A stretch of 63,503 nucleotides of DNA, the filler included, from Neolecta irregularis DAH-3 (taxonomy: Eukaryota), in NCBI GenBank assembly GCA_001929475.1. It is 17 parts of 17 records of this genome, joined end to end, with 100 filler letters (N's around TTAATTAATTAA, not from the genome) between each part and the next. Parts side by side here need not be neighbours in the genome. Positions count along the whole stretch, not along the records: positions 37,173 to 40,251 come from LXFE01001500.1; positions 40,352 to 41,409 come from LXFE01001502.1; positions 41,510 to 44,914 come from LXFE01001504.1; positions 45,015 to 46,839 come from LXFE01001505.1; positions 46,940 to 48,681 come from LXFE01001508.1; positions 48,782 to 60,114 come from LXFE01001510.1; 11 more parts are not named here. One strand, written 5' to 3'. How positions within the stretch are numbered: position 1 is the stretch's first letter; each line of letters begins with the position of its first letter. The translations under genes were made by a program, and so were the position numbers. Below are positions 38,455 through 51,705 of this stretch, one piece after another. The notes beneath the pieces are model-generated. The model was given only the letters and a program-made list of their open reading frames with translations. It made no database searches and had not been told where the DNA came from.

Positions 38455-39213
38455 CAGTGTTGGGGACGGGCCGTGGGCTTAACCCGGCCCATGAAAAGCC
38501 CGCGGGCTTAGCCCATGGGCCGGGCCCAGAAAAAAGCCCTGCCCATCGGTCCATGGGCCGAAACGGACTTTCTCACGTGATATTAGATTATACGATTTGG
38601 CAACCGTTCCCCTCCACTCTATCAACCCTATCCGCCATCCTACCTGCCTTCCTACCCTCCTTGCCTGCCCGCCTCACCAGCCATTCTCACTAACCCCAAG
38701 TTCCTCCCGTCCCTCCTGTCCTGCCTGTCCGCCAGTCCTGCCCGTCCCGTCCCTGCCGCCTCTCCCGTCCCGCACGTCCGGTCCTGCCTCGCCTATCCTG
38801 CATGTCCGGTCCCGCGCTTCCCTCCCGTCCCGCTTGTCCCTCCGCGCGTCCTGCCCATCCCGCCCACCCTGCCTGACCTTCCCCTCCCACACATCCCGCC
38901 AGCCTCACGTGCCTCTCGCCAGCCCATCTCTCTCGCCTCTCCCACCTATTGCCTGGCTAGCCCATCTTTCCTGTCTCCCACACCCATTTGGCCTATTTCC
39001 ACCTTGCCCGCCTGCCTGTCAGCTCCTTGCCAATATTTAAATAAATATAGAGAATTCTATACATAATACAGTAATTTAAACTTGCTTTATAACATATTCC
39101 TGCTCCTCTGCCCATCTTTGCCCTGAACGCCACCACCTAAAGCGTTTGTCACGTGTTAGGCCCGGCCCAGACCCTCAGAAAAGCCCATGGGCTTTGGCCT
39201 GTCCCCAACACTG
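38455..39213. mobile_element. Non-autonomous hAT-type DNA transposon (MITE-like), ~760 bp
   Basis: TIRs CAGTGTTGGGGAC(G)GGCC and GGCCTGTCCCCAACACTG; 8-bp near-perfect TSD CATATCAG/CATATCAC; subterminal GCCC/GGGC motifs; pyrimidine-rich core. Confidence 0.85.
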
Positions 39214-39342
39214 CATATCACTATGGAATGAAGCTCTAGACTACCTGCATGGAGATAAATATTGATATTTAGCTACACATAACAGATATAGCGACACCTT
39301 GTGTCCTTCCCCGACATCCCAGTATCTCTCGAGTTCTTACAT

Positions 39343-40251
39343 TCAAAACTCTTCAATAAACAAACCTATAGGAATTGCTGTCTCAAGCAAGCTTTCTGAA
39401 ACCGCAAATCTCGAATCATTGACCATTTTGGATGGCCCGCACACTGCAAATGAATTTGTCACCAATGAGAAGGACGCACCAACTACGGCGACAGAGGTTG
39501 ATTTAACCTTGGAAAGGACATCTGTGAGGAGTAGTCGAATGTTGGGACGACCTTGGTAAACTGTGAAACGAGATTTAGGCGTGTGCCCTGTCTTCCCGGT
39601 CCCGTTTTTAGACTGTCGAGTGTTGAAGAGACGAATATCTACTCCAGCATACACCGCTTCAATCAATTCGTTACTGAACCATGACAGACAATCTAGAATC
39701 AGTATAAAAGGCATGAATATATACCTTCCGATCGAACACTCCATATGAATGTTCCTTTTACGATACCTTTTTCGTCACATTTTGATCTTGCAATGAATTC
39801 CTTCATAAGGGGTACAGTCCATGTCGCTCCTGCACCACCAGCAACAAATATTATCTCATCGTAGCGGTCAAGCCGGGGTATAGCGCCATAGGGACCTTGG
39901 ATAAGAACTGTATAAGCTTTTGAAGAAGTTGACTGATTAAGTTTCGATGAAAAACCTCCCGGTCCAATGTCCCGAACGAAAAATCGCATCGGCTCTGCCG
40001 ATTGTGCTGCGATTGTATAAGGATGAGACTGACCAAAGCTGATCGACGGGATCGAGATAAGAGCATGTTGCCCAGTTTTCCACCATTGTTTGATAGAAAC
40101 GTCCACTTTGATCGTACCCCCAGGCATCCGTAGTAGGGTGCAAGTACCCAAACGAGTTCGAACAAGTCTAATAATACGATCCGCTGCCCAGCCAGAAAGT
40201 ATTCCATAGATCCAATTGGGAAGACGCTTCTTGTGATATATCAAAGGTATC
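39343..40251 (-). CDS. Ferric/cupric reductase (FRE family), C-terminal FAD/NADPH-binding part (5' end lost at gap)
   Basis: WAADRIIR, GQH, QSHPYTI, GPYG, VAGGAGAT, FIWSVR, GRP, VCGP and terminal EEF motifs. Confidence 0.88.
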
Positions 40252-40539
40252 NNNNNNNNNNNNNNNNNNNNNNNNNNNNNNNNNNNNNNNNNNNNTTAAT
40301 TAATTAANNNNNNNNNNNNNNNNNNNNNNNNNNNNNNNNNNNNNNNNNNNNCGTATAATAATAGAAAAGCCCATCAGATAACCAGAAAATACTACGTGTA
40401 CCGTTTTTCTACGACATATGTTTCTTTTTTAAGACTGGTATCGTCCCGTTTATACCCAATGCTTTTCTAGGGTACTAGGACTAACAGGTCCCACAGAGCA
40501 GGATTCTTGACGAACACCCTCCAAGTTACTCCTATAATA

Positions 40540-40707
40540 CTTGTATCTCAACACTTGCTTTTTAACATATTCCTGCTCCGCCCATCTCTGCCCTGCATGC
40601 CACCACCCAAAATGGTTGTCACATATTAGGCCCTGCCCATGGGCCAGTCCATGGGCCAGGCCGGACCCTCAGAAAAGCCCATGGGCTTTGGCCTGTCCCC
40701 AACACTG
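40540..40707. mobile_element. Right end of a second copy of the 38455 hAT-type element
   Basis: cttgctt..taacatattcctgct...gaccctcagaaaagcccatgggctttggcctgtccccaacactg matches 39081-39213. Confidence 0.85.
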
Positions 40708-41509
40708 CTATCAAGTGAAGCACAATCTTGGTTCTTTGTAATGATGGAATTCAAAAAGATGACTTCAATATTAAAATGTATTTCACTTGAAAGTAGATCA
40801 TTATACCGTATTGAAATGAATGGTCAATATGTGAGTAAAGATAATGATTGTAGCGAATGTAAGTAAGCGCAGGTAGCGCGTGATCCACAGCAGCCGTGGA
40901 GAATGGAATGGGGCGAGCACAGCCTTGACGGATGGTGGTTGATTGAGTGTAGGCGGTAGTTGATTGCAAGGCGATGCTGGCAATAGGCGGTGGTTGGCTA
41001 GAGTTAATGGCCGATTGACTGCAGGCTACCGCGGGCACAGGTCAGCGAGAGAGGGATCTGGGAGGAGAGATGGGGGTAGGGCATGTGCTACTCTGCAGGT
41101 GAGTGGCTGGGACAGGAATGCGGAGGAAATACAGGGGTGTTTATTTAAGCCGACCGAGTACTAGGAGGGGGTGTGTGAGACTGGTTAGGACTTTGTGTGT
41201 TAGTGTTCGGGGGGCGGGGTTATGTGGTTTGTGTCCATTTTGTCATCGTTGTAGTGTTGTAAGTACTTGGCCAAAGTCCAATAAGACTCGATTTTATTCT
41301 AACCTAAAGTATGTGAACTTGGCTAGGTACGCGTGATCCTACAAGACTATATACCCCAAATATTAATGTCCGTAAATAAGATAATGTCTTCACGTGTATG
41401 GTAAGAACTNNNNNNNNNNNNNNNNNNNNNNNNNNNNNNNNNNNNNNNNNNNNTTAATTAATTAANNNNNNNNNNNNNNNNNNNNNNNNNNNNNNNNNNN
41501 NNNNNNNNN

Positions 41510-43061
41510 TCTTGCAGATGAAGACAGTACAAACAGTATCATCAACGAATCAGAATATAATGGAAATCTTGCAGATGAAGACAGTTCAAACAGTATGATC
41601 AACGAATCAGAATATAATCAAGATCTTGCCGATTTTGAGCAAGGCTCTGCATCCGATAACGAAATGGTCACCAAAACTAAATCAACCAAACCGGCTGAAA
41701 TTGCATTTACATTTCCCTGTCCAGCGACTCACAAAGCCTTTCTTAATATCCTTGAAGAAATCCATATTGAAGACCATGCCACTGTTGTTCAACGTATACG
41801 GGCTTTATACCACCCCAAGCTTCACGCAGACAACAAGGCCAAGCTCGCGGTTCTTATCTTGATTGCGAAAACTCATCATTTAGGTTTTTTCTCAAATTAT
41901 TCTGGATCATGTAATGCATCTTGCAGACAATCATTTGAACCCGTTTCCTGCCATTGAACGCCTTGCAAAACAGGTCCAGTCAATGTTGACGCAGTTTGGC
42001 GATTCTATCGCAGAGAACATTCAAATACATCTGAAAGACATGCAAGCCAGGTGTTCCAAAGGTAGAACGGTTTGCTTGATTCATATTGATTTCCAGCCGT
42101 ACATTTTCCTCGGCCTTCAGATCTCGTTTTATTGACGCTAATCTCGGCGATATATCCTACCTCTGACTTTTCGCATATCATTGTTACTCCTGCCATGTTA
42201 GTCATGGCTCAATATCTCAATCAAATAAAGTGGAGCAACGTTATGTCGATGGTATCCGCAATGTATACGAGTACTTTGCTTCTTCAAGTAAGTATCCCAT
42301 TATTTGCTCCTTGACAAAAGTATATACGTTTATCGAAAAGGATAGTTCCTGAAGCGCTCAACTTTCATTCTCTGATTCTTGCACGATTCTCATCTTTCCC
42401 TTCTGGTGTCTTGCCGTGGATTGAAGAAAACGGCAAGCTTGGTCAGAAACCCGAGGTTCCTCGGAAACTTGCCTTCAAAGATGCGTTTCCCATAGGCCAT
42501 GCCAAAAGTAAAGAAGAACTAGAGGCTTCTATTTTGAATGAAAGTCTCGGTCAAGTAACGACATATGCCGCACTTTATTCTGGCCAAGAAGCATTTATCG
42601 AGCTATTTCAACCATATCACAAGATGTTGATTTCCGCCTTGGAGAAGCCAGATTTTCAGACTTTGCTCTCTGCAGAGCTAAAGGTTATTACACCACTCAT
42701 CTCTGGTTGATTTCTCTAGTCCAAGGCCCTGGAAACATCGTCAACATTGACACGAATGTTGAATTTCGCTAAAGATTCCCGTAAACCTCTTACTCTTCAA
42801 CACCACAAAGCCATTCCAATTGCTTCATATCTACCCAAATTCGACGATAAATATTCTGTGGACAAGAGATTTGATAAGGATCATGCCGATTCTGCAAAAC
42901 TTAGAGCCGAGTATAGGAGAGAGAGAAAAGCGACGATCCGAGAGCTCAGGAGTATCGGCAGAACCGAGAATAACATGAAACTTGTAGAACAAAAGGACAA
43001 GGACAAGGCTTATGAGGAATTGATGAAGAAAGCGAGATCTAAAGTGCCGAACGACCAGTAG
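41510..43061 (+). CDS. NOP14: Nucleolar protein Nop14, C-terminal part (5' end lost at gap)
   Basis: FTFPCP, VVQRIRALYHPKL..NKAKL, IYPTSDFSH.IVTPA, LSKRIVPE and PL.LQHHK.IPI..YLPKF motifs. Confidence 0.92.
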
Positions 43062-43114
43062 AATGATTTATTACGTGAACTCCTATATATCTAGTCACTC
43101 CCGTGAATGTACAT

Positions 43115-44454
<1,340 letters not shown>

Positions 44455-45157
44455 TTAGAAATCGCGAATCGGTCGAGACCCGGACAGACTAACCTCTTTT
44501 TTATACAGGAGCTCACAATAGGGGAAAGTGCACAGTAATATTATGAGTAGTTGATCTTGAGTTTCGTCTAGAAATCGCTCTCAGAGTTTCTGAGTAAGGG
44601 ACTTTAGAAGTCGGTCTAGAGTGTAATTGAACGGATTTCGGAAAACTATAGGAGATCCGATTCTATTTCGAACATATCAGCAGATTGGGCTTTAGTGGAA
44701 TTCTATTCTTTTGTCACAGCATGGATATAGTAACCCTTTTAAAGACTAGTAAGCAGATGACACTTTCTTCAGGGTTGATGTTGATCCATGCTAACTATAG
44801 GCAAATGAGCTGCGAAGGGTAGAGTTCGTGAGAGCTTGGGAAACTAGTGGAGGATATTATTAGGATAATCTTTTTCCTTTTTTGGTCTTTCATTTTATTT
44901 TATTGTTTTGTTTTNNNNNNNNNNNNNNNNNNNNNNNNNNNNNNNNNNNNNNNNNNNNTTAATTAATTAANNNNNNNNNNNNNNNNNNNNNNNNNNNNNN
45001 NNNNNNNNNNNNNNGATGCAGGGCGGAGGGCCGGCGGGGAGAATACCACCTGGGACGAATACTTCAAGGATGTAGATCTGTGTCGCGGGCGGTGGCGGGG
45101 GATTCCCACATTGGTAGAAGGTATAGCCACTGTTGATAAAGGTCAAGNNNNNNNNNN

Positions 45158-46245
45158 GGCGGCTATTGAACTTGAACTAGAGCTAATCGGAGGGTGGTAG
45201 AGTGCTGGATCCATTGCGACCAAAGAGGCAGTAAAACAAGTTGGATTGACAGAGCCGGAAGGGATGGAGGTATAAAGAATGAACAAATTCCCGAAGGGGC
45301 AGACCCAAAAGAATTGTTGAGCTAAGGTGCCTCTGTCAACATACGTAACATCACCTGCCAGAGAGTATAAAAAGTCTTGGTCAGTCTAAAGATGTAAGAT
45401 TAAACAAGAACATGGAAAAGGTACCGTGGCTTGTGCCACACCGATAGTTACAGGCGCCCCGCCTGCACTACCATGGGTAAGCCACACATTCAGATCATCG
45501 TCATATATTGTCTTGGCAACGCCATCGTGGAAAAACGTGGTTGGATTATTTCCATTAACATTGATTTGCATAGTTCCGGGATTTTCCGCCAACGCAAGAC
45601 CAACAAGTGCAGGATTGGATGAGGCAGAAATGACAATGACTGATACAAATCAGCAGACACTTTGTGTGTGAAACCTACCTGACGAATTGGCCGGAGGGGG
45701 AGGGAGTGTGGAAAGCCCCACATTTTTAAGAAACAGATTCACCTGGATGCAGGGCGGAGGGCCGGCGGGGAGAATACCACCTGGGACGAATACTTCAAGG
45801 ATGTAGATCTGGGTCGCGGGCGGTGGCGGGGGATTCCCACATTGGTAGAAGGTATAGCCACTGTTGATAAAGGTCAAGAGTCCACTATTGGCAACAGTGA
45901 AATTCTGGTATCTATTGGAGGGGGTTGTGTTGGGATATTCATAGAACACGAAACCGGTTGTAAACCCGATACCGAGCGCTGCGTAATTAAGGTCGTAAAG
46001 AGCGCCATCGCCGAGAACGAAGTTGCCCAAAGGAAACGGTCCTCCAAATGCTCCAAGTTCCGCAGGTACTCCTTCAACGTAGTTGAGGACATATGTGCTA
46101 GGAGGGCCTGGTACAACAGGGCGGGCCTCGATATCTGTGTCTGTTAGGTTGTGTGCAGGTGCGGGAGCAGCGCACTGTAGGTGCTAATCTGCGCAGAGAC
46201 AGAGACGAAAAAGGAGAATGCCGCGATGGCAGCAGAAGAACGCAT
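45158..46245 (-). CDS. Secreted multi-domain cell-wall-type protein (beta-rich Cys-containing domains, Ser-rich linker); 3' end unresolved
   Basis: Signal peptide MRSSAAIAAFSFFVSVSA; domains ending FYQC...PC..V.L and FWVC...PTC....L; introns present. Confidence 0.65.
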
Positions 46246-47030
46246 TGCACAGGGCGAAAGACGGACTTGGGTAAGGAACAAGGGCAGGAAACAGCCAACG
46301 AGCGTGAGTATTGGGCCTGCCTCGGCGTCTCGCTGGGAGGCTTTAAAGCCTGGCAGGAATGTAAACGCGCACGCGAGGAGTCTTGCGCCGCGAGCATCTG
46401 TGCTGCAAATCGCCAGCCTTGGTTCAGGCTGCGCGCGCTTTCGCTGCACGCCACACAGTGCTGCGTGCGCAGGACCAGCCACTGTTGCACACATTGGGTG
46501 CGCAATCTTGCAACCGCTTGCGGCTGTAAACACCGCCTCCGTGTCCTTGTGGTTAAGCAATGGTCGTGCAAATCATCGCCGTATAACTAAGGACAATATC
46601 AAATGTTTATGAATTTCAAAAGCGACTACTTAATGTATGCAATCAGATGGAAAAATACACATACATCTAAGACATTATAGCACAACCATCCCAGGAGGTC
46701 GCAGTATTAGAGCCTGAGTCGTATGTTGACAACAATGTCCTTGCGAAAGGCGGTTTTACTTGAAATTAAAGATTCTGCCATTGTTCCGGAGAGTTTACGG
46801 GAGCCGCTGTAACGTTTTGAAATGTGATGTTGGTAGTTGNNNNNNNNNNNNNNNNNNNNNNNNNNNNNNNNNNNNNNNNNNNNTTAATTAATTAANNNNN
46901 NNNNNNNNNNNNNNNNNNNNNNNNNNNNNNNNNNNNNNNTCAGATTTGCTGTTGTGGTTAGTTCTTTGTTGTCTCTTTGTCAATTTCAAAGTCTGTTCTT
47001 GTAGCATATCATATTTATGGTACCTGTAAG

Positions 47031-47578
47031 CAATGTTGGCAATGGGCCAAAGCCCATGGGCATTAATAGGCAGTGTGTCCAGGGCAGTTGCCTAAGCTGC
47101 CTGCCTGCCGATTGTCAATTCAGGCCCATGGGCGCTAAGCCCAAGCCAGTGGCGCGGTCGACCATCTCTCCCGCCTGTCCTGCCCGCCTCGCCCACCTCA
47201 CCGGCCTTGCCCGCCCGTCTCTCCAGTCCCACTCGTCCCTCCTGCTTCTCCCGTATCTCACAGCATCTCCAGCCTTGGCTATCTGAAAACCAGCTGAGGC
47301 GCGCCTCTCCAGCCTTGCGCGCCCGTCTCCACCTCGCGCTCCCATCTCCCCCGCTTCTCCATTCTTACCCGCCCGTCTCTCCCGCCTCGCCCGCCCGTCT
47401 TGCCCGCCTCGCTGTCCCGGCTATCCCTCAGACAGGTGAGGTTTAGATAGCTTGTGTAGAAATGAATCTATAATTTTCTTTGTCACCTCTCAATTCAACC
47501 ATCAACTGAAATTTCTATGTAGCTAGCTGGGCCAGGCTTTACAAAAAACCAATGGGCCAAAGCCCATTGCCAACATTG
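47031..47578. mobile_element. Related hAT-like MITE variant
   Basis: TIRs CAATGTTGGCAATGGGC and GCCCATTGCCAACATTG; same GCCC subterminal motifs and pyrimidine-rich core as the 38455 element. Confidence 0.7.
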
Positions 47579-47873
47579 GACGCCACCACCCAAATTGGTT
47601 GTCACATGTTAGGCCCTTTAACCCATGCCCCATCCGCAACACTGTTACACACTTTATGGTTCCGGCCTTTTAAGCTCCGGAAACGACCCACTGACCATTC
47701 CCTTCCTCCTGATGCAGCAATAAAACGTACATCTATTGGCTGATGCCATCCTGTTTTTCCGGATACAGTAATAAAACGTATATGAGTTGGCTGCCGGAAC
47801 CGCGCATGCCGAAAAGTCAGGTTAATAAATAGCTCTCGATTCGGCTGATTTCTAGACCTTTGATCTTTTCGCG

Positions 47874-48456
47874 ATGCGCTTTCTCAAAATTGTTCTGTTA
47901 TATGCTGGAGCTTCCCAAGCTGTTCCAATGTGGAATCATGTCGTGAACTCGATTGGTTAGGCATTAGCTGAGAGAGAGTGACTAATCGATTTAAGCTTCA
48001 CCAATGTTAACTAGTCTCGTGAACTCAATTGGTTAGGGTTAGGGTCTGAGGAGAGTGAGGACTGTGGTAAATAGCTGCTAGACATGGACTAATAGATTGC
48101 AGCTTGGTTAGGGTTAGGGTCTGAGTCTGAGGAGAGTGAGGACTGTGGTAAATAGCTGCTAGACATGGACTAATAGATTGCAGTTCCTCGAATCTCAGGA
48201 TGGAGACGAACGCCCCCTCCGCCCGATGGTTTGTAAATAACTGCTAGACATGGACTAATAGATTGCAGGATCTCACGTTGGTCATGGGCGTAGGCCCGGT
48301 AGTCCTTTCGAGGATAAGAGTGGAGGAAAAGAGTAACTTTCGGAGACGAAGGGAAACAAACCCTAAAGAGCCCAGATCTTCGATGAACACTTGGCGACGA
48401 TCGCGATGGCAGCTGACGAGGAAAACGATGATGAGGAAGAGAGTGAGGACTGGTAG
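47874..48456 (+). CDS. Small secreted protein gene with micro-exons and duplicated introns
   Basis: Signal peptide MRFLKIVLLYAGASQA; phase-1 introns at 47956-47995, 48032-48183 and 48229-48268; further intron at about 48332-48368; acidic end DEENDDEEESEDW*. Confidence 0.55.
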
Positions 48457-48781
48457 ATTAATTTCTTATTTCTTGTATCCAGGCTTAGGGTTATTTGGAC
48501 TTACTTACTTGGACTTACTTGCTATTTTACTTGCAAGTTTGGACTTGCTTGTCTGGACTTGCTAGATAAATTTTTATTTACAGTGTGTCCACCCGCCCGC
48601 CCGACCCCGCCAGAGACCCTCCAGCGGGCGGGTAGGTCAATCAATCTCCGGCAGGCGGGCGGGCGGGCGGGTTAAACCGTTNNNNNNNNNNNNNNNNNNN
48701 NNNNNNNNNNNNNNNNNNNNNNNNNTTAATTAATTAANNNNNNNNNNNNNNNNNNNNNNNNNNNNNNNNNNNNNNNNNNNN

Positions 48782-51050
48782 GCCGCTGTTCCTGCTGGCC
48801 TTCCGCCCGACAAACCCGCTCGCGGCGGCCAAGGCGCTGGTGCGCGACTATGCGCGCTTCCGCTGGCACGGCGCGGTGCTGGCGACGCAGTGCAAGCTCG
48901 CAGAGCCCCTGGTGCTGCTCAGCGCCGTCAAGTGGATCTGGGGCCGCGTCCCCGGCGGCGTCGTCTCCTGGGCCGTCTACGAGATCTTCCGCCGCGAAGA
49001 GGCCGCGCTGTCGCACCCCGCGGACGCCTTCCAGACCATTCTGCCGCTCGTCAGCCAGGAGCGCTACCCGCTCGTGCTGCAGTTCTTCGAGTTCCTCGCC
49101 GCCGTCGCCGCAAACAGCGGCTGCAACGGCCTCCCCGGCTGCAAAGTGTCCCGCATCTGCTCCTGGTTCGCCTTTGAGATGCACGAAGGCTCGGACGGCT
49201 TCGACTCCGGCTACGAGTCCTTCCAGCGGTATCCCACCGCCGCAGCCCCGCTAACCCCCTGCAGCGCCGCAGATGCCACCCAGCACCTCTTCTTCGCCTA
49301 CCTCAGATCCATGGCCCCCGCCCACAGCGGCCCCTCAAACCTCCCCCGCATCCTCGAAAAACTGCTCGCCGAGTCCCGCTACCCCCCGCACCGCACCACC
49401 TTCCAGCACCACGCCGTCCTCAAAATCTCCCTCCTCGTCGACAGAGTCTCCCCAAGCCCCTTTGCCCTCCTGAAACGCGCAGTCAGACACCACATCTACA
49501 ACGACTCCCAAGCGCTCGCTGAACTCTACGCCTGCACAGACGACCCCTCCAAGTGCCTCTCTGACGAATGCGCCCGCGTCTTGAAATGCATCGCCGCCGT
49601 CAACAGCTCGCTCCTTAGCGAGTCCCAGACTGCAAAAGGCCTCGCAGACTTCACCTGGTCCCGTTTCATAGACTTTGGTTTCGACGACTCGGCCTCTTCA
49701 TCCATCGTCAATTCTAGACGAAGCGTTTCAGCCCCAGAACTCTCCCCTTCGGCCCCAATCTCCCGTCCCTCCCGCCCCATCACCCCTTCCTGGGGCGAAT
49801 TCCTAAACGACGGCTTTCCCTCTTCCCGTATCGAAAACACGCCCTTCCTCTTATCCCCCCAGCAATCCCTCCCCTTCCCCATCTCCCAGAAAATAGAGTT
49901 CCACCCAGACGAATCAACAGAATCATACGATCGTGGAAATATAGAATGCGTAAAATTCATGCAATTGGATGATGCCTTCTGGGGTGTCTGGATAGAAAGT
50001 CTCGCCGCTGAAACAGTCGAAAGCCGAAAAGCAGTTTTCGGCAGAAGCGTCGTCGCAGAAATTGCCAATGCCGGCTGGATCGTCGTCGAGGTAAATCCAA
50101 GCTTGTTCATTCTAACACAATAGGAAAAACTACGAGGTGTCCATACCCCACAACTACTCCCCCCAATCGATACCAAAAAACGCATGTTTTCAAAACGCAC
50201 AAAAACACCAAAGTTGAAGCCCATTAATTCGGTTAGAAGACCACTCTCCCCAGAACTCCAAGTATCTCCACAACTAGCTGAAATGCTGCGAGAACGCTAT
50301 GCTGCCCAAATGATGCCTTCGCATAGCAGTCCCCAAATCGTCAGCCAAGATGTTGGTGACAAAGTCAACCGCCAGGAAAGTCGGATTACCCTTGGCACAG
50401 AAGTCGCACATGCGTTAAATTGGGCTGGCAGAGATGGCCGATATGTCACCGACACCACAGAAAATCTAATCGACACATTATCGCCAGAGGTTCCCCAAAA
50501 TCCGCCTGCTGAAACAACGGATAGAAACCCATTCGCCCCGCAACCCCTTGAAGCATCGATTGATCGCGAGGAAGTAATTTCACCCATCCCCACCTCGTAC
50601 CTTGACGACAGCGACCGGAAAGATAAGAATCGGATTTTCAAATTGTTTCTCCACCGCAGAAAAACAGTCACTGTTCCGAAACTTTCAGAAGATCCCGCTG
50701 GATCTTCAATCTACTCTCGTTCTTCTGTAACGTCGGACCATCCAGAGCCGTCTCTGGACTCGTTACACACATCCAGCACGATTGCTCCTGTCCGCAGAAA
50801 ACCTGTTCCGAGCCAAATGCTCCTCCCGTACGATGCCACGCCCGGCGAAGAAAGTCTTGTTTCGTCTAATTCAACTACACCTAGAGCCGACCGATGGAAA
50901 GCAATCCACAGAGCACACCATGCAGCGGCATATCCTCCATCAGAATACGACGACGGCGAAACCGCCCAGACCAGCGATGAAGAAAGCATCGAAGATCGTG
51001 TGGCTAGGATCAAAAAACGCGTTGCAGAGTTGACCATTTTGAGCGAATGA
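48782..51050 (+). CDS. Msb1/Mug8-family (DUF1708, RhoGAP-like fold) protein; 5' end lost at gap
   Basis: FLLAFRP, KWIWGRVPGGVVSW, FLAAVAAN...NG, WSRF.DFGF, SWGEFL..GF, LDDAFW.VW and C-terminal ESIEDRVARIK.RVAEL motifs. Confidence 0.82.
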
Positions 51051-51705
51051 TCCTGCATGGCGGAATACTTGAATACCATCCTCTCTCTTTATTCTTTCTT
51101 CTTACCCTATTTACTCCATTTATACCAAATCATTAGAATTAGTTTCTCGCTCACTTTTTCCTTCATTTTCATTCCTTCATTTTCATTTGGACGGTGGCGT
51201 TGAAAAAATAAAGTAGATGCGACAGCTTGGCTGGTAATCTAGAATTGATTGACTTGATCTCAATTGCAGTACTAGTTTACATTGTTTTCCCTAAAGTTGG
51301 TGTCTACAACGCTGGTTACACGTGCAGTATTTGGGAGTTGAGATATCGTGCGAGAGACGAGATGCTTGGAAAACAGTAAACGTAAAATCGTAAGAGTGGT
51401 TGCAAGAATGTGCTGGCCTCGTCGTCTCAGACATATCTTGCATTGCCTACCGGCCCCTGTAGCAAACATCACTTCATCACTGCGAATTGGGTTAGGAAGG
51501 ATAAACCAAAAAACATGCGTTTGCCTGTTTTCGGTTAAAACGCTTGTTATTAATAAATTACATAAAACTTGAATTTCGTGCAAAGAAGCCATGTGAAGAG
51601 TTGCATGTTGCTATTGAAGCTTGAAATCATATACACCTATCTAGATATTCTTCTGTTCCTTGAAAATTACGCGATTGGACATATTGGCAGTAAATCAGGA
51701 GGCAC

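Noticed and set aside
38597..39040. Pro-rich and antisense Gly/Arg-rich ORFs (also at 47017-47446)
   Set aside because: They lie in the low-complexity core of the MITEs
41510..41630. 57-bp repeat in NOP14
   Set aside because: It is an ordinary expansion in an acidic disordered region at a contig edge
46098..46612. Four overlapping ORFs of about 140-160 aa
   Set aside because: This is GC-rich upstream sequence; only the segment from ATG 46245 (signal peptide) is supported
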